Assembly: GCA_965228895.1 (NCBI GenBank) | Contig: OZ245842.1 | Span: 928,001 to 992,000 of the forward strand | Direction of reading: 5' to 3' | Length of the DNA: 64,000 nucleotides | Origin: Alphaproteobacteria bacterium | GTDB taxonomy: Bacteria; Pseudomonadota; Alphaproteobacteria; SP197 | Shown here: one piece after another, positions 44,706-54,535 of the stretch | Numbering within the stretch: position 1 is the first letter of the stretch | How the letters are laid out: every line of letters starts with the position of its first letter | Position numbers and translations under genes: made by a program | The notes under the pieces: generated by a model | Seen by the model: only the letters and a program-made list of their open reading frames with translations | The model's database searches: none | What the model was told of the DNA's origin: nothing

Positions 44706-45879
44706 GGGCGGCGGCAATGACATCCATGGTCGCTTCCAGACCGGCATTGACGTCGGCGTTGTGGCCGAGCTTGCGCAGAGCACCGCCCAGGGCAGAGATC
44801 GCGACGACCGCATAGATCGGTTCGGCCGTCGGACCCATGTGGCCGATGCGAATCAGCTTGCCGTCGGTCTCGGCGCGCCCGGCCGAGAAGACGACGCCAT
44901 AAAGGTCCCGCGCTGTCGCGCGAATGGCCTTGTCCTCGAACCCATCCGGCACCTTGACCGCTGTTGTCGTCGGCGCGGCGATGTCTTCGCGTGCCGCCCA
45001 CAACTCCAAGCCCATCGCCTTGACGCCGGCGCGGCAGGCGCGCGCCGTCAGGTCGTGGCGTGCCCAGACCGTCTCCGGTCCTTCTTCCAGGTAGTTGTCG
45101 ATCACCGCGTCCAGACCGTTCACCTCCGACACCGACGGCGTGAACGGGAAGGCGTGATCCTTGCTCCAGGCGTCCTTCCAGTCGGTCAGGCTCAAGATCG
45201 AGGCGGTCGGGCCATCCTTGTTGGCTGCCATGTGATCCCAAGCACGATCGCTGACCGCCATGATCGTGACGCCCGGTGGTCCGCCCAGGCATTTGCCAGG
45301 ACCGGTGATAAAAACATCGGCGTTGCAGTCACCGGGGTGCACATCCATGCCGCCGAACGACGAGACGGCGTCGACGATCAGCAGGCCGTCGTGATCACGG
45401 ACGATGCGGCCGATCTCGTTGAGCGGGTTGACCGTGCCGGACGGCGTGTCGTGATGGACGACGGAGACGACCTTGATCTCGGGCCGCCCGCTCATCTTGG
45501 CATCGACCGCTTCGGGGTCGATCGCCTCGTTATAGGGGACTTCGATCTCGACCAGTTCTTTGCAATAGCGTATGGCCCAATAGCCGAAACCCTTGCCGTA
45601 GACGCCGGAAGCCAAGTTCAGCACAACATCGTCGCGTCCGATCAAACACGCGGCGGTCGCCTCGATACCAACGGCCGGCTCGGCATGGATCAAAAGCGCC
45701 GGTTCGTCGACACGCATGGCTTTCGCGGTCTTGCGCGCGACCTCCTCATAGAACCCCTGGAAGTAGGGGTCGTAGTCATACTGAACCGGCTTCGACATCG
45801 CCTGCAGCACGCGCGGATAGGCGGCCGCCGGACCGGATGTCAGGGTAATCACGGGCTCCTTGACCTTGATGCCACTCAT
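44698..45879 (-). CDS. ppaT: Pyridoxamine--pyruvate aminotransferase
   Basis: Class V PLP fold; PVITLTSGP, YDYDP, LASGVYGKGFGYWA, HHDTPSGT, FPFTPSVSE, RIGHMGPTA match the Mesorhizobium loti enzyme as remembered. Confidence 0.93.
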   Translation of the reverse strand: MSGIKVKEPVITLTSGPAAAYPRVLQAMSKPVQYDYDPYFQGFYEEVARKTAKAMRVDEPALLIHAEPAVGIEATAACLIGRDDVVLNLASGVYGKGFGYWAIRYCKELVEIEVPYNEAIDPEAVDAKMSGRPEIKVVSVVHHDTPSGTVNPLNEIGRIVRDHDGLLIVDAVSSFGGMDVHPGDCNADVFITGPGKCLGGPPGVTIMAVSDRAWDHMAANKDGPTASILSLTDWKDAWSKDHAFPFTPSVSEVNGLDAVIDNYLEEGPETVWARHDLTARACRAGVKAMGLELWAAREDIAAPTTTAVKVPDGFEDKAIRATARDLYGVVFSAGRAETDGKLIRIGHMGPTAEPIYAVVAISALGGALRKLGHNADVNAGLEATMDVIAAAHA

Positions 45880-45934
45880 GGACTGGTCCTCCGTCTATGC
45901 GCGCCGATGTCGGCGCGCGTTGTCACATTGTCTC

Positions 45935-46678
45935 CTACCAGCGGATCATGCCGGCATCGACGGCGAGCGCCTGCCCGGTGATCCAATGCGCCTCTTCCGA
46001 AGCCAAAAAAGCGACCGCCGGGACAATATCCTGGGGCGTGCCCCGGCCCTTGATCGCTTGCAGCATCTCAACAAAGTCGAAGGCGTCTTTGTGCGGCGTC
46101 ATCTGCACGCCTTCTGTATCCGTCAGGCCCGGACAGATCGAGTTGACCGTGATGGCGTCGCCGCCAAGCTCGGTGGCCAGTGCACGCCCGAAGGCCAGGA
46201 TGCCGCCTTTTGACGCGACGTAGTGCGCCATGTTCGGTGTGCCCGCAAAGATTGAGTTCGAAGCGATGTTGACGATGCGCCCGTAGTTGTTGGAACGCAT
46301 CAATTCCGAGGCCGCGCGGCACATGAGATAACAGCCGTCAAGATTGACCCGCATGACACGGCGCCATTCCTCGAACGTCAGCTCGTTCCACGGCACGAAA
46401 GGGACGATGGCGGCGGCGTTGACGAGCACGTCGAGTTTACCGTGTTCGCCGATGACGGCCATGTGTAGCGCCTCGACCGATTCCGGATCACCGACATCGC
46501 ACGCGACGGCCATGGCTTGGCCGTTGGCGGCTTCGCTCGCCGCAGCCTCGGCACCCGATCCGTTGATGTCGGTATAACACACGGTTGCACCTTCCATGCT
46601 CAGCCGGTCGGCAATAGCGCGCCCAATGCCCTGGGCAGAGCCGCTGACAATGGCGACCCGTCCTTCAAATCTCTTCAC
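45935..46678 (-). CDS. pldH: Pyridoxal 4-dehydrogenase (SDR)
   Basis: SDR motifs plus IVPFVPW, ASNSIFAGTPNMAHYVASKGG, FDFVEMLQAIKG, VDAGMIRW, as remembered for the M. loti enzyme; operon context. Confidence 0.9.
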   Translation of the reverse strand: MKRFEGRVAIVSGSAQGIGRAIADRLSMEGATVCYTDINGSGAEAAASEAANGQAMAVACDVGDPESVEALHMAVIGEHGKLDVLVNAAAIVPFVPWNELTFEEWRRVMRVNLDGCYLMCRAASELMRSNNYGRIVNIASNSIFAGTPNMAHYVASKGGILAFGRALATELGGDAITVNSICPGLTDTEGVQMTPHKDAFDFVEMLQAIKGRGTPQDIVPAVAFLASEEAHWITGQALAVDAGMIRW

Positions 46679-46705
46679 GTCTTCCTCCCTCTCTTGTCGT
46701 TGGCG

Positions 46706-47521
46706 TCAGGAATAGAAACCTGGCGCCTGCAGATAGTTGCCGAAACTCTCGGGGTCGTGGGAATAGAACATCTCGGCGTCGTGTTTTTCGGCGATCTCCT
46801 TCAGCTTCACCATGGACTGCAGGCTGGCCACCGGATCCAGGTGGAAGCTGGAGATGCACATGAGGTCCATGTTCTTCTGGCTGTAGCAGGCGTCCGCCGT
46901 GAACAGCATGGGCCGCCGATTGGCCAGTTCGACCATCAGGCTGTAGTGGCCGGCCGTGTGGCCAGGCGTTTCGAAGAGCCACAGACCCTTGGCGATCTCC
47001 TGATCGCCCGTCACCGTTTCGTACTTCGGCGTATAGATATCCAACGGCGGTTCGGCGGGCGTCTTGCCCGCCCTGGCATCGCGCTTTGCCTCAATCTCTG
47101 AGTCAAAGCTCAAATCCGAATAGCCGAGCGCCTCGAACGGCTGGAAACAATCGCACGCCTCCAACTCCTTGGCATGGCACACCGTGCATGCCTCGGTCAG
47201 GTGTTTGTTCCCGCCGCAATGGTCGAAGTGGTAGTGCGAGTTGATGACATAGTTGATGTCGGACGGCTTCTTGCCGATCTTCGCCAACGCGCCGGGAATC
47301 GTCTGTTCCGGCGTCTGCAGCGGCTTCTCGAACGGCAGGACGTCCATCACGTGGGCGTGGTCGTAGCCGGTGTCGAAGATATAGAGGCCGTCGGCGTGCT
47401 CGATCAGGACGGCGTAGCAGGGGAAGCGTAGTTCGCCGCCGGGACCGCGGTTCCAGAACGCGTGAAAACCGTCGATGACCAGCGTGCCGCCATCAAGCAG
47501 GTAGACCTTGGTTTCAGACAT
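46706..47521 (-). CDS. pdlA: 4-pyridoxolactonase (MBL fold)
   Basis: TKVYLLDGG...FWNRGPGGE-RFP, VLPFEKP, SHYHFDHCGGN, GYSDLSF, TPGHTAGHYS, YSHD. Confidence 0.93.
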   Translation of the reverse strand: MSETKVYLLDGGTLVIDGFHAFWNRGPGGELRFPCYAVLIEHADGLYIFDTGYDHAHVMDVLPFEKPLQTPEQTIPGALAKIGKKPSDINYVINSHYHFDHCGGNKHLTEACTVCHAKELEACDCFQPFEALGYSDLSFDSEIEAKRDARAGKTPAEPPLDIYTPKYETVTGDQEIAKGLWLFETPGHTAGHYSLMVELANRRPMLFTADACYSQKNMDLMCISSFHLDPVASLQSMVKLKEIAEKHDAEMFYSHDPESFGNYLQAPGFYS

Positions 47522-47569
47522 AAAGACTCTCCTCCTTCTTGTTCTCGTGTGTTGCCGTGCCGGTCATGC

Positions 47570-48505
47570 TTATCGCTGCCCGCGTGCGTAAGGCAGGCCG
47601 AGCGACGGCGGCAGGTAGCTGTGCCGGGCGAAGATGATGAGGACGAGGATCACCATGCCGAACGGCAGCATCTGAACGACATCGGTGGGAATGTTGAGGC
47701 CGGCGACCTGAAGCGCGGTCGTCAGCGCCAGGCTGAGGCCGAACAGCAGCGCGCCGAAGCCGACCCAGATCGGTTTGCCGCGCGCCAGCATGGCCAGCAC
47801 GATGGCGATAAAACCGCCGCCATGGATCATGAACGGAACAAACAGACCGGCGCCGATATTGGCCATGTAAGCGCCGCCAATGCCGGCCAGGAAACCGGTG
47901 GTCAAGACGGCACAGGCCCGCGTCAGGCGGACGCTGACGCCCGCCGCGTCAAGCGCCGCCGGTTTGTCGCCTGCCGCCTGCAGGTTGAGGCCGATCGACG
48001 TGCGTTTGAACACCCAGATCAAGACGAACATCAAGATCACCGTCAGATAGACGACGGGGTGGTGGTCGAACAGCACCGGGCCGGCCACCGGGATCTCGCT
48101 TAAGACAGGGATCGGCAGGGTCGGGGTCTCGCTCAGGCGCGGGTAGGTGCGGCTGAACTGGAAGTGATGCAGCAGAGCGGTCAGCCCTTCGGCGCCCAAT
48201 GTCAGGCCGATGCCGATGACGATCTGGTTCATGGCGAGATAGACGCACAGAATCGCCATCAAGGCTGCGACCGCCATACCGGACAGCCCGCCGACGAGAA
48301 AACCGAGCCAATAGGACTCGGTGTAATAGGCCGCGACGAAACCGCCATAGGCGCCACACAGCATCATGCCTTCGATGCCAATATTGAGTACGCCAGCCTT
48401 CTCGGAGATCTGTTCACCCAGGCCGGCCAGAAGCAACGGCACGCCGGCGGTGACGGCGCCCAGCAACAGCGCGGTGAGGAATTGTTCGGTCATCAGCATC
48501 TGCAT
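47570..48505 (-). CDS. ABC permease (nucleoside/BMP-type), putative B6 importer
   Basis: EKAGVLNIGIEG, AAGDKPAAL, GGGFIAIVL, MLPF. Confidence 0.9.
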   Translation of the reverse strand: MQMLMTEQFLTALLLGAVTAGVPLLLAGLGEQISEKAGVLNIGIEGMMLCGAYGGFVAAYYTESYWLGFLVGGLSGMAVAALMAILCVYLAMNQIVIGIGLTLGAEGLTALLHHFQFSRTYPRLSETPTLPIPVLSEIPVAGPVLFDHHPVVYLTVILMFVLIWVFKRTSIGLNLQAAGDKPAALDAAGVSVRLTRACAVLTTGFLAGIGGAYMANIGAGLFVPFMIHGGGFIAIVLAMLARGKPIWVGFGALLFGLSLALTTALQVAGLNIPTDVVQMLPFGMVILVLIIFARHSYLPPSLGLPYARGQR

Positions 48506-48509
48506 GGCC

Positions 48510-49601
48510 TCAGGCCTTCGTGCGCTGACGCCAGCGCTGGCCGAGCAGTTCGACCAGCGCCATGAAGATCAACAGCAGCGCGACCAGGACGAGCACGTAG
48601 AATTGCGGCACGCCGACCCGGCGCGCCGCACTTTCGCCGCCGATCATCAAAACCGCGAAGAAAAGGATCAGGCCGATCACGGCCAGGCCATTGAAGCGCG
48701 CCAGGAACACAATCGGGATCACCAGCATGCCATAGGCGGGATTCCAGTCGGCCCGTACGTTGCCCCAAACGCCCAAGATCTCGACCGCGCCAGCCAGCCC
48801 GGCAAGACCCGCGCTCAAGGCGAACGTGACGAAGGTGAGCTTCACCACATCCAAACCGGCGTGGACGGCGGCCCGGGGGTTCGAGCCGACGATCTGCAGC
48901 TTCAGGCCCAGCGACGTGCGCGTCATCATCAGATGCACCAGCACGATAACGACCAGCGCGACAATGATCCCGCTGTGGACGGTCGTATCGAACAGACGTG
49001 GCAGCCGATCGTCGACCGGCAGGGTGACCGTCTGCGGCACCGTCGTTGAGGGGTCGTTGAACGGGATCTTGATCAGGACGTTGGCGACGCTGACACCCAG
49101 AAACGACATCATTAGCGTCGTGATGATCTCGTTGACGCCGTAGACCGCCTTCAGGAAGGCCGGCACCACCGACCACACCATGCCGACCGCAAAGGCGATG
49201 GCGAAACAAACGAGGATCGCAATCGCGTAGGGTAGGGACGCGATCAACATCGGTGACAGAGCGGCGATCAGAACGGCGCCGAGCAGGAATTGTCCGTCGA
49301 CTCCCAGGTTCCAAATACCGGCCTTGAACGCGATGATCAGGCCGGCCGCGATCAGCAGCAACGGGGCCGCGCGGGTCAGCGTGGCCTGCAGGCCGGTCCA
49401 TCGGAAGAGGCCGCGTTCGACGACATAACCGTAATAGGCCAGCGGATCCTTGCCGAGCACGAGCAGGATCATCGCACCAACGATCAGCGCCAGCAGAATG
49501 GGCAGGAGTATACGGCCCGCAGCCGACAACACTTGCCTTCCGCGCGCAACAGGCAATTGGGTGTTGACCGGTGCAGGGGCGGGTTCAGCCTGGCTGGTCA
49601 T
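48510..49601 (-). CDS. ABC permease (nucleoside/BMP-type), putative B6 importer
   Basis: WNLGVDGQ, NEIITTLM, GSNPRAA, AGLAG. Confidence 0.9.
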   Translation of the reverse strand: MTSQAEPAPAPVNTQLPVARGRQVLSAAGRILLPILLALIVGAMILLVLGKDPLAYYGYVVERGLFRWTGLQATLTRAAPLLLIAAGLIIAFKAGIWNLGVDGQFLLGAVLIAALSPMLIASLPYAIAILVCFAIAFAVGMVWSVVPAFLKAVYGVNEIITTLMMSFLGVSVANVLIKIPFNDPSTTVPQTVTLPVDDRLPRLFDTTVHSGIIVALVVIVLVHLMMTRTSLGLKLQIVGSNPRAAVHAGLDVVKLTFVTFALSAGLAGLAGAVEILGVWGNVRADWNPAYGMLVIPIVFLARFNGLAVIGLILFFAVLMIGGESAARRVGVPQFYVLVLVALLLIFMALVELLGQRWRQRTKA

Positions 49602-51214
49602 GCCGCCTGGGCTCCGGTCATCAAGCGGCCGATGCGCGACACGGCGTCCTCGCCGTTATCAACGATGCCGGGCATGCGGCCTTGATGCAGAACCGCGATC
49701 CGGTCGGCGAGCTCGATCAGCTCGTCGAGTTCGTTGGAGATTAGAATGGTGGTCAGGCCATTTGCCGCGCCCTCCAGGATGCGCTCGCGCGCCAGACGCG
49801 TGTTGTGCAGGTCGAGGCCATAGGTCGGCTTGTTGTAGATAACGACCCTCGCGTCACCGGAGAGCTCGCGCGCCAGGAGAGCCTTTTGGATGTTGCCGCC
49901 CGACAGGCGGCCAATTGGTGTGTGTTCGGAAGGTGTACGGATGTCGTAGCGCGCGATGAGTTCGCGGCCGTGGCGGTTGATCCGGTCCCACCGGCTGATG
50001 CCAGACGTCCAGAAGGGCGCGCGCCCGATCTCCTTTAGCAGAAGATTGGTGGCGACCGACATGCCGGCGACGGTGCCTTCGTCAAGCCGTTCATCGGTCA
50101 CGTAACGCAAGCCAAGCGCCTCGCGCGCGGCAACGTCGAGCCGCGTGACATCCGTGCCTAAGACGTCGATACGGCCCCGATTGCAGGCGCGCTGCCCGGC
50201 AAGCGCTTCGGCCAGGTGTTTCTGGCCGTTGCCGTCGACGCCTGCAATTCCGAGGATTTCGCCCGGGCGAACGTCAAAGCTGACGTCATCCAGTGTGCAC
50301 TCGCCCGGCTCACCTTCGGTGGTCAGGCCGTCGACCGTTATCGATGGGGCGGCCGACCGGTCGATGGGATTGGCGCGGCGCCGCGCGTGACCCTCTTCGA
50401 CCAGGGTTTCGATATCGCTGGCGTCGCCGCCGCCCTCGAACATCAACTGGATGATCTCGGCCGTCGCCTCTGGCTCGGTCATGGCGGAAAGCCGCTCTGG
50501 ATCGATCTGACCGACAAGGCGGCCCAGTCTCAAGACCGATATGCGATCGCCGAAAGCAAACGCCTCGCCCAGCTTGTGCGTGATGAAGACGATGGCGACA
50601 CCCTCGTCGCGCAAGCGCTTCATGACTTCGCCCAGCTCCTTGACGCCCTGGGGCGTCAGCATGGATGTCGGCTCGTCGAGAACCAGGACACTGCCGCCAC
50701 GCCATAGCGCGCGCATGATCTCGACCTGTTGCTGTTGACCAAGGGACAAACGTCCAACCGGCGCGTCGGGATCGATGTCGACAGACAGCACGCGTTTCAG
50801 ATCGTTGAAACGTTTGAGTGCGGGGCCGCGGTCGAGCCGCTGATGCCATGCGCCGCCCAGCATCAGGTTCTCGATGACGGTCAGACTTGGCACCAGCAGG
50901 ACGTGCTGGAACACGGTACCGACACCCAGATCCAGGCTTTCGCGCGGCGAACTCAGGCGCACAGTCTGTCCGGCAATGGCGATCGAACCCGCGTCCGGTT
51001 GCTGCATGCCGGCGAGGATGCCGATCAGCGTCGACTTGCCGGCACCGTTCTCGCCCAGGAGGACGTGAACTTCGCCGGGATTGAAATCGAGGGAAATGTC
51101 GTTGTTGGCGATAACGCCGGGGAAACTCTTGGAGATACCCCGAAGCGCAACGGCCGGTGTGGGATCACCGGTGTGGCGGGTGTGCGGGCTCGATGCGTTT
51201 TCGGTACCTTCCAT
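49598..51214 (-). CDS. ABC ATPase with duplicated NBD (CUT2 type), putative B6 importer
   Basis: GENGAGKST, LSLGQQQ, LDEPT, ITHKL; second half LSGGNIQK. Confidence 0.93.
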   Translation of the reverse strand: MEGTENASSPHTRHTGDPTPAVALRGISKSFPGVIANNDISLDFNPGEVHVLLGENGAGKSTLIGILAGMQQPDAGSIAIAGQTVRLSSPRESLDLGVGTVFQHVLLVPSLTVIENLMLGGAWHQRLDRGPALKRFNDLKRVLSVDIDPDAPVGRLSLGQQQQVEIMRALWRGGSVLVLDEPTSMLTPQGVKELGEVMKRLRDEGVAIVFITHKLGEAFAFGDRISVLRLGRLVGQIDPERLSAMTEPEATAEIIQLMFEGGGDASDIETLVEEGHARRRANPIDRSAAPSITVDGLTTEGEPGECTLDDVSFDVRPGEILGIAGVDGNGQKHLAEALAGQRACNRGRIDVLGTDVTRLDVAAREALGLRYVTDERLDEGTVAGMSVATNLLLKEIGRAPFWTSGISRWDRINRHGRELIARYDIRTPSEHTPIGRLSGGNIQKALLARELSGDARVVIYNKPTYGLDLHNTRLARERILEGAANGLTTILISNELDELIELADRIAVLHQGRMPGIVDNGEDAVSRIGRLMTGAQAA

Positions 51215-51282
51215 CGCGTGGTCCAGGCGGCGGGGACATTGCCAACGCCATCCCCGCCGCCATGGTACCTTACTCCGTTACT

Positions 51283-52338
51283 CTATTCCTCCGGCGCCTC
51301 TTCGACCTGGTTCATGAGGGCGCGGACGTCCTGGGCGTCATAGACCTCATCCACCGTCACGTCGCCGGAGATGATGCCGTCGCGGATGACCATCAACTCG
51401 GTCCACATGTCAGTCGGAATATGGTCGGTCTGCAGCAGCTTGACGGAATCGTCGTCGAGCTTGATGGCATAACCCACCGTGCCGAAGGTGCCGTTGTTCA
51501 GGTCGTCGACCATGGCGCTATAGACCGGCACCATGTTCCACATCACCGAGGTCAGCAGGTGACCCTTGTCCAGGCTCGACTTGTCGCCGATGACGTCGAT
51601 GAACCAGACCTTGCCGCCATCGGTCGCCGGTGTCGTTTCGACCGCCTCGATCATGCCGAAGCTGGAGCCGTTGCCCTGGCCGAAGATGATATCCGCGCCG
51701 GCCGCGATGACCGTGCCGGTCACCCGGTTGCCGCCGGCAACGTCGGAATAGGCGGCCGGGCCGATGATGGCGTAGATGATGTTGACGTCGCTGTTCTCGG
51801 CCTTGACGCCCTGGGCAAAGCCGGCTGACTGAGAGTTCCAGGACGGTGGTTCGCCGGAAACGACGATGCCGACCGTGCCGGTCCGGGTCATCTTGGCGGC
51901 CAGGCGGCCGGCCAGATAGGCGCCGTCATGACCGGACAGCGTGTAATCGCCGATCAGGCCTTCCTTGATCGCGTCGGGGCTGTCGACGATGGCGACGGGA
52001 ACGCCGGTCTCCTCGGCGATCTCCGGTGCCGCGGTATTGTAACCGCTGGCATGGGCGATCATCAGGCTGGCGCCGTCCTCGGCCAGTTCGCGCAAGGTCG
52101 GGCGCACGTCGCCATAACCCAGGCCTTCGGCCGGAATGAACTCGATGCCATAGGCTTCGGCGACCTCGCGGGCCGCGTCGACGCCCTGCTGGTTCCAACC
52201 GAAATCGGTGCCTTCCTCGGGCACCAGAATGGCGATGCTCGTGACTTCATCCGCTGAGGCGGCGGAGAACGTCATCACCGCGCCGACGGCAAGAGCGCCG
52301 GTCGCCGCGAACAGTTTACCAACGAAAGACTTCATCAT
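51283..52338 (-). CDS. BMP-family ABC substrate-binding protein, putative B6 vitamer receptor
   Basis: Sec signal ending ASA-D; DFGWNQQG, AYLAGRLAAKMTRTG, GADIIF. Confidence 0.9.
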   Translation of the reverse strand: MMKSFVGKLFAATGALAVGAVMTFSAASADEVTSIAILVPEEGTDFGWNQQGVDAAREVAEAYGIEFIPAEGLGYGDVRPTLRELAEDGASLMIAHASGYNTAAPEIAEETGVPVAIVDSPDAIKEGLIGDYTLSGHDGAYLAGRLAAKMTRTGTVGIVVSGEPPSWNSQSAGFAQGVKAENSDVNIIYAIIGPAAYSDVAGGNRVTGTVIAAGADIIFGQGNGSSFGMIEAVETTPATDGGKVWFIDVIGDKSSLDKGHLLTSVMWNMVPVYSAMVDDLNNGTFGTVGYAIKLDDDSVKLLQTDHIPTDMWTELMVIRDGIISGDVTVDEVYDAQDVRALMNQVEEAPEE

Positions 52339-52462
52339 CTTCCTCCCTTACGACTTGGATCCAACGTCCCCGCACCATCACGTCCGGCCGCTGGATCCGA
52401 ACGGCCTGGCACTTGAAACTGATGTTGATGCTGCATGGTCATGGTCTTCACTTCAAACACCT

Positions 52463-53389
52463 TCATGGGGCCTGACTGTCGAGTATCTTGCGCACCGCCA
52501 CAAGCTTGGCGGCGCGTTCGGCCCTTAATGTGGCAACTTTTTCGGGCGTGTAGTCGAAGATACCGCCGCCCGTCTTCATGCCCAGCTGTCCCTGACTGGT
52601 CTTGGCGGTGACATACTCGCTAACATCCTGACGTGCGGACAGGTCCTTGTTGAGGTAGCTGCCGACGGCTTCGTAGATATCCAGGCCCGCGACGTCGAGC
52701 AGCGCCATGGGGCCGATGACCGAGAGTTTATAGCCGATGCCCCAGGAGACGCAGGTGTCAAGGCCCTCCGCGTCGATCACGCCCTGGTCGACCAGATCGA
52801 CGCATTCGCGCATCAAGGCGTAGAGCACGCGGTTCTCGACGAAGCCCGGAACGTCCTTTTTGACGACCACCGGCTTCAGGCCAAGGTTTTTGACCGTCTC
52901 GACCATCCATTCGACCGTCGCTTCGCTGGTTTCAGCGCCGGCGATCACCTCGACCACCGGGATGATATGCGGCGGGTTCGACCAGTGCATGCCGACGACG
53001 CGACCGGGTGTCGGGATGTGTTTTTGCAGCGTGCTGATCGGAATGCCGGAGGTATCGGACGCGACGATACAGTCTGCGCTGACGAGACTGCCGAGCTCGC
53101 GGAACAAGGCCGCCTTGATCTCGAGGTTCTCCGGCACGTTTTCGAGGACGAGGTCGGCGCCGTCGACGCACGCCGCCACGTTCTCGCAGACCTCGACCGG
53201 CTGGCCGTCGCTGCGATCGGGCGCGCCGAGGCGATCCAGAACCTCATCGGCGGCGGCGATCTGTGCCAGCGCATTGTCCCGCGCCGCGCCGCTGATGTCA
53301 TAGCAGGCAACCGCCATGCCGGCGCGCGCCATGGTGGCCGCGATACCCGGTCCCATGGTGCCGAGGCCGATCAGCGCTGCTCGCGTCAT
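52463..53389 (-). CDS. fhmpcd1: 5-formyl-3-hydroxy-2-methylpyridine-4-carboxylate 5-dehydrogenase (3-hydroxyacyl-CoA dehydrogenase fold)
   Basis: IGLGTMGPG, ENVPEN, SDTSGIP, GMHWSNPPHIIP, DTCVSWGIGYK, ERAAKLVAVR match the remembered M. loti mlr6793 product; B6 operon context. Confidence 0.9.
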   Translation of the reverse strand: MTRAALIGLGTMGPGIAATMARAGMAVACYDISGAARDNALAQIAAADEVLDRLGAPDRSDGQPVEVCENVAACVDGADLVLENVPENLEIKAALFRELGSLVSADCIVASDTSGIPISTLQKHIPTPGRVVGMHWSNPPHIIPVVEVIAGAETSEATVEWMVETVKNLGLKPVVVKKDVPGFVENRVLYALMRECVDLVDQGVIDAEGLDTCVSWGIGYKLSVIGPMALLDVAGLDIYEAVGSYLNKDLSARQDVSEYVTAKTSQGQLGMKTGGGIFDYTPEKVATLRAERAAKLVAVRKILDSQAP

Positions 53390-53405
53390 TTCCCAAACCC
53401 CCGGA

Positions 53406-54533
53406 TCAAAAGACGCTGGTTTCGATGATGTCGACGCCGCGCTGACGATCGATCAGGTAAATCAGGCCGCGATCGTCGATCGTGACGTCGTTCGACGAGG
53501 CGTGCTCGTGCCCGTCGGGCGGGTCGGCGGCATAAAAGCCGACTTCGCGTGGCCGGTAGGGATCGGCGAAGTCGACCAGGCGCAGGCCCTGCGCAAACCA
53601 GGCAAACGGCAGGATGGTGCCGGTAAAACGCTCGGATGGTTGGTGGCAGCCCATCATCGGGGGCTGGGGCGCGCCGTCGACGTCCAGCCCCTCGACCTGG
53701 AAGGTCGCGATCGCCGAGGGATTGTGTTCGTTGGTGATGTCGTAGACCCAGGTGAACGCCGGCGCCGACGGCCACAGCTTGGCGACATCCTCATCGGCGA
53801 CCACCATGATCTCGCGCCCCTTGAGCTGCCCCGGCATCTTCAGGCAAGTATGCGTGGGGTGCGGAAAGGAGGGCGACGTGTTGACGCCGGAGATCAGCTT
53901 CGGCTTTGTCATGTCGGCGATATCGAGAATGAAGAACCCGTGGTGCCAATAGCTGACATAGAGCCGGTCGCCGACACGCAGCGGATGGTGGCAACGCGGC
54001 GGCACCCATTCGTTCCAGGGGTACTCTTCGCCGCCGGCCTCCCATTGACCGGGGATCCACCAGCGCCCAACTTCCTCCGGCTTGGCCGGGTCGGCGAGGT
54101 CCAGGATCACCACGATGTTGCCGACATAACCTTCAGCGGTCGGCGAGATATAGGCGTAGCGCCCGTCGAAATCGTAACGGTGCACGCCCTTGCCGTGGGT
54201 CAGCCATTTGGTGATCAGCTTCGGTTCTGATGGGTTCTCGACGTCATAGATGCCGAGGCCGCCGCCGAACCCGCTGTCGCCGCCCTGGCCCAAACGCTCA
54301 TGATTGACGACCATGATGCCGTTGGCCGCCCGCACCTTGTGGGAATGCCAGCCCTCGGGGATCTCGATAAATCGAAGCAGCTTTGGATTCTTGGGATCGG
54401 CGACGTCGTAGATGCTGGTGCCGCTGGGATACCGCATGTGGCCGACATAGAGCGTCGTGCCGTCGACCCAGACCTGGCCGCCGCCGGGGCAGTCGATATG
54501 GCCGATCCGTTCGGTGTTAAGCGCGCGCGCCAT
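53406..54533 (-). CDS. LVIVD-repeat beta-propeller protein with conserved His per blade
   Basis: Repeated IYDVADPKNPK / IYDVENPSEPK / ILDLADPAKPEEVG / ILDIADMTKPK / LVDFADPYRPREVG blades; His motifs WHSHK, GVHR, CHHP, PTHT, GCHQ. Confidence 0.85.
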   Translation of the reverse strand: MARALNTERIGHIDCPGGGQVWVDGTTLYVGHMRYPSGTSIYDVADPKNPKLLRFIEIPEGWHSHKVRAANGIMVVNHERLGQGGDSGFGGGLGIYDVENPSEPKLITKWLTHGKGVHRYDFDGRYAYISPTAEGYVGNIVVILDLADPAKPEEVGRWWIPGQWEAGGEEYPWNEWVPPRCHHPLRVGDRLYVSYWHHGFFILDIADMTKPKLISGVNTSPSFPHPTHTCLKMPGQLKGREIMVVADEDVAKLWPSAPAFTWVYDITNEHNPSAIATFQVEGLDVDGAPQPPMMGCHQPSERFTGTILPFAWFAQGLRLVDFADPYRPREVGFYAADPPDGHEHASSNDVTIDDRGLIYLIDRQRGVDIIETSVF

Positions 54534-54535
54534 GG

